The notes under the pieces were generated by a model. The model saw only the letters and a program-made list of their open reading frames with translations. It ran no database searches and had not been told where the DNA came from. The position numbers and the translations under genes were made by a program. This document shows positions 57,374 through 64,000 of a stretch of 64,000 nt of DNA, piece after piece. Origin of the DNA: a virus (taxonomy: Duplodnaviria; Caudoviricetes); the IMG/VR virus record IMGVR_UViG_3300034044_000048, positions 2,245 through 66,244 of that record. One strand, given 5' to 3'. Numbering within the stretch: the first letter of the stretch is position 1; each line of letters opens with the position of its first letter.

Positions 57374-57805
57374 TTATTTTATTATTAAATTTGGTTCTAA
57401 AACTTTTTTATCATTTGGTGAATCCATAGTTTCCATATTTAAAAATTGTTTGTAATCAAACTCTTTTTCATTAATTGCAAAAGTTTCAATAAATTTTTCA
57501 ATTTCTTTTTCATTAGTTATATAGTATTCACTATAAGTTTCTTGACTTATTCTTTGCATTTTATAAGGTTTTTCTGGATTAGAAGCTCCTTTTTTTCTTA
57601 AAGGCTCTCCATTATCATCTAACCTAGGAACTTGATGAAAAGTTTCTTTTTTGTTTTTTCCTATAATTGCTAAAACTTTTCCTTGAGGATTGTATAGAGC
57701 CTCAACATATGGACAATTAATATCAGTTGGTATCAAGTTAAATGTTTTAACAGGTCCCCAATTACTGCTGATAAGCATCATGTTTTGTGTTGGTTTTGTA
57801 TTCAT
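57374..57805 (-). CDS. Conserved hypothetical protein
   Basis: Probable start MNTKPTQ at 57805; the longer track start overlaps a TATATTTG promoter element. Confidence 0.6.
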   Translation of the reverse strand: MNTKPTQNMMLISSNWGPVKTFNLIPTDINCPYVEALYNPQGKVLAIIGKNKKETFHQVPRLDDNGEPLRKKGASNPEKPYKMQRISQETYSEYYITNEKEIEKFIETFAINEKEFDYKQFLNMETMDSPNDKKVLEPNLIIK

Positions 57806-57833
57806 AAAAAATATTTTTTGTTTGTTATTTTTA

Positions 57834-57841
57834 CAAATATA
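57834..57841 (-). promoter_or_regulatory. Bacteroidota -7 promoter element TATATTTG
   Basis: Lies about 30 nt upstream of the ATG at 57805; no canonical -33 TTTG seen. Confidence 0.45.
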
Positions 57842-57844
57842 CAA

Positions 57845-58432
57845 TTATTTTTCTATTTTTTCTATTTTAAAAGTCTCTTTTTCTAAATCTGTTAATGAAC
57901 ATAATTCATTAACCTGCTTTAAAAGAGTTATCATTTGTGGTATATCTGTTTTATTTGTGCAAAGTAAATTTGCATATAATGTATAATAGTTTTCAGGATA
58001 CAAGAATGTGTCTAAAAATGCATAATTTGCAGAGTTTATTCCATAATATTTTTTAATTGCTTCTTTTGCATCCTTTGAAAGTTTTGAAAATTTACTTTTT
58101 ATTACATTTTCAAAATCTTGTTTGTATTTTATAGAGTAATCAAATGTGTAAATTACATTTGATTTATCTATTTTTATGTAATCAGAAAATAATTGATGAC
58201 TATATAGAAATTCATCTTCAAATTTTTTGAAATCTTTTGAATTATCATCTTTAAATAAACATATTAACTTATTTTCTTCTATATCTATTTTATTTTCCCA
58301 AGATAGGAAAGTATTAATAGGTTTTATTTCATTTTTAGAAATAATATTTAATCTAGGGTATAAAAATACCTTTGATTTTTGAAAATAATTTCTATATATA
58401 TCATCAATCATTTTTAATTGTTTTTTTGCCAT
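57845..58432 (-). CDS. Conserved hypothetical protein
   Basis: 195-aa ORF with YFQKSKVFLYP motif, adjacent to the nuclease gene. Confidence 0.6.
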   Translation of the reverse strand: MAKKQLKMIDDIYRNYFQKSKVFLYPRLNIISKNEIKPINTFLSWENKIDIEENKLICLFKDDNSKDFKKFEDEFLYSHQLFSDYIKIDKSNVIYTFDYSIKYKQDFENVIKSKFSKLSKDAKEAIKKYYGINSANYAFLDTFLYPENYYTLYANLLCTNKTDIPQMITLLKQVNELCSLTDLEKETFKIEKIEK

Positions 58433-58442
58433 GTAGTATATA

Positions 58443-59444
58443 CTATAATGTTATATGCCCCATAGCAAACTCGAAGGGTAGTGTGTAGTCTTTGTTTGTA
58501 TAATGATAGTTAGTAATTTTTAATATTTCTTCCAATTGAGCTTGCCAATCAAGCAATGTTTTGTCAGTTACTTTAAACACATAAGATTGTTTATAATTAT
58601 CTATTACTATGAAATTAAATTTGAATTTAAAGTCAGTTATATTTTCATAGTTTTCTTTAACAAGTTTTAAATAAATTGCTGCTTGTAACCAATATTTGTA
58701 AAAATCAATAGTTTGTTTAAAATCTATTAAAGATTTATTTGTTGTTTTTAAGTCGTTAATAGTTACAATTTTATTTTCATAATCAATTGTTAAATTATCA
58801 ATTATACCATGTAAACCGAAAGGGTAATCTTTTAATTTACATTTTAAATATTTCTCATTCTCGACTAAAACTAACTCAAAGCCTGATGAATTAGGTTTAA
58901 TTAAATTATAAGCTTCTTTATTTGATTTAATAATTTTTACTTTTTCTAAACATATATTATAAGTTTCAGTATCTATTTGTGTTTTATTTTTTAATTCACA
59001 TAAATGTTTAAAATATTCAATATTATTTTTTGTTAATATTTTTTCAATTCTTTTATCATCTTCTTTTAAGCTTTGATGTAAATTATTTTCAGATAACCAA
59101 TTTAAAATTTCTTTTTTATAGTCAGTTAAATCATTACTTGCTTTTTTATTTCTAAATATGTCATATAATAATTTTAATGTGTTACCTGTTGGTGTTTTAT
59201 TTGGTACTATTACAAATTGTTTTTTAAAATTTTTAGGTTCTAATAATAAACAATGTATAATCCTACCCTCAACTAGATAGGATTCTAATTTTTCTTCTCT
59301 CTTATTAAGTATATAATGAGAGTAAAAAGATGAGGGTAGGAATAATAATTTGTTTAAACTAGAATAACTAAAATAAAAATCTTTTTTGTAAAATTCTTCT
59401 TCTAATTCTAATTTATTTTTTAACATAACCAAAATGTTTTTCAA
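58443..59444 (-). CDS. PD-(D/E)xK nuclease (RecB/Cas4-like exonuclease)
   Basis: FSYSSL, GRIIHCLLLEP, GIIDNL, DLKTT and YWLQAAIY motifs. Confidence 0.8.
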   Translation of the reverse strand: MKNILVMLKNKLELEEEFYKKDFYFSYSSLNKLLFLPSSFYSHYILNKREEKLESYLVEGRIIHCLLLEPKNFKKQFVIVPNKTPTGNTLKLLYDIFRNKKASNDLTDYKKEILNWLSENNLHQSLKEDDKRIEKILTKNNIEYFKHLCELKNKTQIDTETYNICLEKVKIIKSNKEAYNLIKPNSSGFELVLVENEKYLKCKLKDYPFGLHGIIDNLTIDYENKIVTINDLKTTNKSLIDFKQTIDFYKYWLQAAIYLKLVKENYENITDFKFKFNFIVIDNYKQSYVFKVTDKTLLDWQAQLEEILKITNYHYTNKDYTLPFEFAMGHITL

Positions 59445-59850
59445 GCCATTTGTTTACTTCAGGACTTGTTTTTTTTATTAAGTGTTTATAAGATCTAATA
59501 TCTTTATCTTTATACCAAACTACATAACCTTTATGAGTTCTTAAATCAAATCCTAAACCACTTGTTTTATTTGCTAATTTTTGTTTTCCTGTGTATTTAA
59601 ACCAAACATGTAACCCATTATTTTTAGTATCATAATTTAAAGTTTTAGAAAACTCAATTAACATTTTTTCAGGAATATTATCAAAACCATTTACATTTCC
59701 GTGTTTATCTATGTCTATTACAATATATCCTTTAGAGGGTGTTGTTAGTAATGTATATCCTTCTGGAACTTTTCCTTTAAAATATGTTTCATCAGGTAAC
59801 ATCCCCCATTTAATAATGGGTTTTTTATTTTTTCCTAAAAAAGTCTTCAT
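59413..59850 (-). CDS. Bifunctional primase/polymerase (Prim-Pol) N-terminal domain protein
   Basis: VIDIDKH, TKNNGLHVWF and DLR...GYVV AEP motifs; start MKTFLG at 59850 is coupled (TAATG) to the upstream gene. Confidence 0.75.
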   Translation of the reverse strand: MKTFLGKNKKPIIKWGMLPDETYFKGKVPEGYTLLTTPSKGYIVIDIDKHGNVNGFDNIPEKMLIEFSKTLNYDTKNNGLHVWFKYTGKQKLANKTSGLGFDLRTHKGYVVWYKDKDIRSYKHLIKKTSPEVNKWLEKHFGYVKK

Positions 59851-60146
59851 TAATATATGTATTGTTTTTTTGCAGTTTTTGTTTTCCAAAAGTTTCCATA
59901 ATTATTAGCTTTTGCAAAATTAAAAACTCTTTCAAACTCTTTTTCTAAAAAAAATGAAATTTCATATGATTCTTTTATTAAATTTAAAACATATTCTGAA
60001 GTTATCATTTTTTCACCAGGCTCTAATTCATCATTTAAATGACAAATGTATCCTGCTAATATTACACAATTTCCATTTAAACCGCTTTCTTCATCAGAAA
60101 AAGTTAAATGATTTTCATCTATAAATTTTTTTATTTTTTCTTTCAT
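59850..60146 (-). CDS. Small helical protein, possibly a PriCT-like primase accessory domain
   Basis: 98 aa, GLNGNCVILAGY segment; translationally coupled to Prim-Pol. Confidence 0.4.
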   Translation of the reverse strand: MKEKIKKFIDENHLTFSDEESGLNGNCVILAGYICHLNDELEPGEKMITSEYVLNLIKESYEISFFLEKEFERVFNFAKANNYGNFWKTKTAKKQYIY

Positions 60147-60156
60147 TTTTTATGTT

Positions 60157-60354
60157 TTATATGTTACTATATGGATTATTTTCTATCCAATCTTTTAAAA
60201 AACTATCTAGTTCTGAGTCGGTCATTCCTAATTCTGAAAATTTATCTCTTCCTCCGATTCTTGACCAAGTTTCTTCTGTATTTTCTAAATTGATTTCTTT
60301 AACATTATTTTCTAATGCTTCTAATAAATCATCTATTGTTGTCTTTTTTTCCAT
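60157..60354 (-). CDS. Small acidic hypothetical protein
   Basis: 65 aa, coupled to the upstream gene. Confidence 0.55.
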   Translation of the reverse strand: MEKKTTIDDLLEALENNVKEINLENTEETWSRIGGRDKFSELGMTDSELDSFLKDWIENNPYSNI

Positions 60355-61100
60355 TATATTTCTGTTATTACATTGTTAATAGTTTCAATTTGTTTTTCTG
60401 ATATTTCATGGGTTTCTAACCATTTTAAACAAATTTCTTTTACAATTTTTGTATTTTCAATACTTTTTAATATTGTTTTTTGATATTCTTTTGAATAAGA
60501 TTCTAATTCATGATTAATAATATTATCAAGCATTGATACATACTTTAATACAATTTCATCTGTATTATAACCTCTTTTATGATACTTAAAACATCTTACT
60601 AATTGTCTTAATAATCTATTTGTTTGCCAAATAGTAGTTGAATAAAAAGCTTCATTCCATTTATTCCAAGTTGCTTTTTTATTTGGTAAATTTTCACTTA
60701 AATTTAAATATTTTTTTGTCTTGATATCGTAACATTTTGCAATAATATCCATATCAAAAGAAGATATAACAGCAAATGCATTTGTACAACCTTTTTTATA
60801 TATAATATTTACATCAACACAAGTATTATACTTAAATTTTATAGTTAATAATCCAAAATTTTTAAAATTGTGACCTTCATAAATGTATCTTTCAGCTTTT
60901 CTTTTTTCTTTTTTATCTAACAATTGAAAGTTTTTATTATTATACATTGTATAAAATAAAGTATTAAAAGAAGCTTCTGAATATGCAAAAACATCTACAT
61001 CTTGTCCTTCAAAATAATCTAATAATGAACTTCCTGTTATACAACCATTTATTGGTTGTTTTTTTATCCACTTTTTTACTTTTTTTATTTGTTTTTTCAT
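60354..61100 (-). CDS. Pol-beta-superfamily nucleotidyltransferase-like protein
   Basis: ITGSSLL...DVDVF (GS + DxD), later VDVNII and SFDMDI. Confidence 0.65.
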   Translation of the reverse strand: MKKQIKKVKKWIKKQPINGCITGSSLLDYFEGQDVDVFAYSEASFNTLFYTMYNNKNFQLLDKKEKRKAERYIYEGHNFKNFGLLTIKFKYNTCVDVNIIYKKGCTNAFAVISSFDMDIIAKCYDIKTKKYLNLSENLPNKKATWNKWNEAFYSTTIWQTNRLLRQLVRCFKYHKRGYNTDEIVLKYVSMLDNIINHELESYSKEYQKTILKSIENTKIVKEICLKWLETHEISEKQIETINNVITEI

Positions 61101-61110
61101 ATTTCATATA

Positions 61111-61136
61111 AAAAGAGGGGATTACTCCCCTCTTTT
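61111..61136 (-). terminator. Rho-independent terminator (symmetric)
   Basis: aaaagaggggattactcccctctttt hairpin. Confidence 0.8.
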
Positions 61137-61152
61137 GTTAATTAAAAAGTTA

Positions 61153-61644
61153 TTAATCTAATAAATCAATTATCTCATGTACTGCTTCTGTGATTTCTTT
61201 TACAGTATATATTTTATTTAATTTACAAATTTCTTCTTCAAAAAATAATCCAAATTCTTCAAAATCTTTTAACACATTAAATCTTTGTAAATAATTATTC
61301 ACTTTTTTAATAGATTCTTTTTTGTCAGAAGCTTGCATAAAATCTAATGCTTCTTTTTTTAATTTTTCATTTAATGTTTGTTTTGGTAATTCAGGTTCTT
61401 CTATATACACTTCTTTTTTAGAACATAAAAGTTTTATTACTTCTTCTTTAACTTCTTTAATTGAATCAGCTTGTTTTCCTTTAAAATCTTTACCTTTACA
61501 CATTTTAGCAAATGTAACAACATATTCAGCTCTTTCTTGTGCTGCTATAAACTCTCCGTTATAAACAGGTTTTCCATCTTTTGAGATTAAGTATCCTCCA
61601 TTTTTAATCTCTACTTCATCGCTTTTTAAAAATCTTTTACTCAT
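61153..61644 (-). CDS. Hypothetical protein
   Basis: 163-aa ORF with its own leader and terminator. Confidence 0.6.
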   Translation of the reverse strand: MSKRFLKSDEVEIKNGGYLISKDGKPVYNGEFIAAQERAEYVVTFAKMCKGKDFKGKQADSIKEVKEEVIKLLCSKKEVYIEEPELPKQTLNEKLKKEALDFMQASDKKESIKKVNNYLQRFNVLKDFEEFGLFFEEEICKLNKIYTVKEITEAVHEIIDLLD

Positions 61645-61704
61645 TTTTTATTTATTTAAAATTTATTTATTGCCTACTCTATAAAGTTTTCAGCTTCCCT
61701 TTTT

Positions 61705-62028
61705 TTAAATTTTTAATTTCACTAAGTTTCTGGAAATAACTTCTCCAATTTTGTTTTTATTTTCTTTAATTCTTACTTCTGGAACAAAAACAGTTGATAC
61801 CGTTCTTTCCCATTTAATTTCAGATAAGGGTCCTGTGTAATATCCTTTTTCAGCTGTAGATTCAATAATACAACCTACATCTTTTATTTCCATAGCTCTA
61901 ATTGATTTTAATAATAATTCTTCTTCAGAAAAACTTTTATTAATTAACTTAAAAAGATCAGAATCTCCCCAGGTTTTTATATCTTTATTTATTTTACCAT
62001 TATTTTTATTTTTTAATGAATTGTTCAT
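61705..62028 (-). CDS. Hypothetical protein
   Basis: 107-aa ORF in the operon. Confidence 0.55.
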   Translation of the reverse strand: MNNSLKNKNNGKINKDIKTWGDSDLFKLINKSFSEEELLLKSIRAMEIKDVGCIIESTAEKGYYTGPLSEIKWERTVSTVFVPEVRIKENKNKIGEVISRNLVKLKI

Positions 62029-62036
62029 TTTATAGT

Positions 62037-63056
62037 TTATTTTAAATACTTAACCCAATCTAAAATATGTACTGTTTCTTTAGGTTCAAACCATCTAGCA
62101 TAACCTGCTATTTCTTTAAAATTTCTACCTTTATAATTATGTGTATGTAAATTTATTAACTTATCAATAGTCCATTTGCAAAGTTTTTTACCATCTTCGT
62201 CTGAAATAGTATGTTTACCATTCCATCTACCTCCTGGATGATCGTTGTCTCCAAATACTATTGCAGTACCATATTTTCTTTCATCTTTTTCTAATAAAGC
62301 TTTAAAATATTTTTGGTCATTGTTTTGACCTATCTCATAAATAGTTTCTTCATTTAAGTCTCTTATATTTTCATAATCATATAATATTGATTTAGTTCCT
62401 GTTATTAAAATGTCCGCATAAAAGTTTTCAGAAAAGTTTTTAGCTAATAATAAACAAGTAGAAGATACAGCTCTAGGTATAGAACCACTAATGTCAATAA
62501 TAACTAAATTTCTTTTAGGAGATTTTAATTCATATTCTCCATAAACTCCATCTAATTTTTTATTATACATATAAGGATTAAAATGTGAAAAGTTATGTAT
62601 GTTTTGACTTAAACTTTCTTCTACATCTGTCAGCCAAACAGGGAATACATTTAATTCTTTTAACTTTCTAACATCTACTTTAACAGAAGCATCTTTAATA
62701 AATTTTCTAAATTTTTCAGTAGATTCACAAGAATTATCTAATTTTTCTAATTTTTCATTTTCTAAAGGATCTCCTGTTGTTTCATAATTTATATATGTGT
62801 TTTTATAATATTTAAAATTTTCTATATCTTTAAAACCATTTTCAATTAATATTTTTCTCCAGTTAAATTTATATCCTAACTTTTGAGCATTTTCCCAAAG
62901 AACTTCAAACTCAAGAAATTGAATAACATGTTCTTTCATATATTCAGATCCATATATAAAGGGAATACCTATAGGTAGATCTTTAATTTCTTCTCTATCT
63001 GTTATGTAATATACAATAGGTAATTCTATACCTTTTTTACTAACTAATTTTTCCAT
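62037..63056 (-). CDS. vWA (MIDAS) domain protein, partner of the MoxR ATPase
   Basis: VIIDISGSI (DxSxS) and IVFGD; adjacent to the AAA+ gene. Confidence 0.7.
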   Translation of the reverse strand: MEKLVSKKGIELPIVYYITDREEIKDLPIGIPFIYGSEYMKEHVIQFLEFEVLWENAQKLGYKFNWRKILIENGFKDIENFKYYKNTYINYETTGDPLENEKLEKLDNSCESTEKFRKFIKDASVKVDVRKLKELNVFPVWLTDVEESLSQNIHNFSHFNPYMYNKKLDGVYGEYELKSPKRNLVIIDISGSIPRAVSSTCLLLAKNFSENFYADILITGTKSILYDYENIRDLNEETIYEIGQNNDQKYFKALLEKDERKYGTAIVFGDNDHPGGRWNGKHTISDEDGKKLCKWTIDKLINLHTHNYKGRNFKEIAGYARWFEPKETVHILDWVKYLK

Positions 63057-63066
63057 TTATTTTTTT

Positions 63067-63834
63067 TTAAAATTTTTTAACCATATCAAACCATGGCATT
63101 GTTTCACCGGGTTTTATTATCTTTCCGTTATCTAAGACTACTTCCGTTTCTAGTTTGTTTTCAATTGGTTTACTTAGAATAGGCATTAAATGATCATAAT
63201 AAGGAGTTGGGCAATCAATTAATAGTTGTTTTAATGCTTTAACTATACTTCTTGGTGTAAAAAAGTTTTCAGTTTCAAATTTTTCATTAATAATAAGATT
63301 AGCTAATTTATCTATTATTACTTTAGGCATTTTAAAGTTAGCTTTCATATAATTTCCCCACATTTCTTTATTAAACTTTACATCATAATAAATAAATCTT
63401 TCTTTAATCTGAGGAGTTAATGGAACCATTCCCTGTGGATTAGCCGCTGCAACTATCATTATATTTGGTAAATCTTTTCCACTAATTGTTTTTCTACTTT
63501 CTAAAAAAGTTAAACAAGCATTTAAAGTTGTAGGATTTCCATTAAAAACTTCATCAAAAAATACTATATCTCCATCTTTTAAATTTTCAATTAAATCAAA
63601 ATCCCAATATGATACTTTTTTTGTATCCCTATCTGGCATCATCATTCCTGATATTTCCATAGGATTTCTTTGTGAAGTGATAAATTCAAACAATCTTGCT
63701 TTTTTCTTTTTTGCAAACTCTTCTATTATTACAGTTTTTCCTAAACCTGGATTTCCTATAAATAAGGGTACTGTTTCTTTTCTTAATTCTTCATTTTCAT
63801 AAGTCTTTTCTAAGACTTTCATCATTTTATTCAT
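63067..63834 (-). CDS. MoxR-family AAA+ ATPase
   Basis: Walker A GNPGLGKT, Walker B FFDEV, sensor AAANP and arginine finger ERF. Confidence 0.8.
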   Translation of the reverse strand: MNKMMKVLEKTYENEELRKETVPLFIGNPGLGKTVIIEEFAKKKKARLFEFITSQRNPMEISGMMMPDRDTKKVSYWDFDLIENLKDGDIVFFDEVFNGNPTTLNACLTFLESRKTISGKDLPNIMIVAAANPQGMVPLTPQIKERFIYYDVKFNKEMWGNYMKANFKMPKVIIDKLANLIINEKFETENFFTPRSIVKALKQLLIDCPTPYYDHLMPILSKPIENKLETEVVLDNGKIIKPGETMPWFDMVKKF

Positions 63835-64000
63835 TTTTTATTATTTATATTGGTTATTTTTTATTTATTATTTTCATAAGGGGTATTGTAAAACATATAA
63901 TCTTCATACTTAACATTTCTTATATCTGATGAAAATAATAAATAAAAAATAACCAATATAAATAATAAAAAATGAATAAAATGATGAAAGTCTTAGAAAA
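63806..64000. repeat. Perfect inverted repeat, arms 63806-63877 and 63929-64000 (at least 72 bp, runs off the window)
   Basis: Base-by-base reverse-complement identity with a 51-bp spacer. Confidence 0.95.

Noticed and set aside
444-61564. Many short antisense or alternate-frame ORFs in the track (e.g. 444..650, 13323..13661, 29775..30230, 33299..33616, 61322..61564)
   Set aside because: They are shadows of long real genes, with Phe/Leu/Ser-rich composition from reverse-translated Lys/Glu codons and no leaders.
61668-61704. Hammerhead ribozyme (CTGA/GAAA...GTA-like words)
   Set aside because: No CUGANGA core or three-stem arrangement; retained only as a generic structured leader.
1-64000. 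Stop-codon reassignment (TAG or TGA), common in some crAss-like phages
   Set aside because: Giant ORFs are intact in code 11, and both TGA (12474, 54663) and TAG (58443) act as stops at tightly packed gene boundaries.
1-64000. tRNA genes, CRISPR arrays, DGR or reverse transcriptase, integrase
   Set aside because: Intergenic gaps are short and none showed a cloverleaf or repeat-spacer pattern; no RT or recombinase motifs were recognised.

Overview
The window is about 64 kb of a very AT-rich crAss-like (Crassvirales-type) phage genome, read in standard code 11. A-rich leaders without Shine-Dalgarno sites and a TTTG-N19-TAnnTTTG promoter point to a Bacteroidota host. The plus strand (1-53.8 kb) carries the 3' end of the major capsid protein gene, head/ring/fibre genes, an IHF-like gene, tail tubular and muzzle (tail-stabilisation) genes, then giant virion-cargo genes including a ~3,930-aa virion RNA polymerase (DFDVD). 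The minus strand (53.9-63.8 kb) is a replication/early block: family B DNA polymerase, PD-(D/E)xK nuclease, Prim-Pol, nucleotidyltransferase, vWA and MoxR ATPase. Top observation: five consecutive, almost cysteine-free giant cargo proteins carry single Cys residues exactly at their facing C- and N-termini, and one C-/N-terminal motif pair recurs at two junctions, suggesting a head-to-tail docked or disulfide-linked ejection chain. Second: the virion RNAP has a C-terminal SLOG + NADAR + macro-like array, a candidate injected anti-ADP-ribosylation module. The window ends in a perfect inverted repeat of at least 72 bp. All calls come from motif recognition and synteny by eye; no database searches were run.
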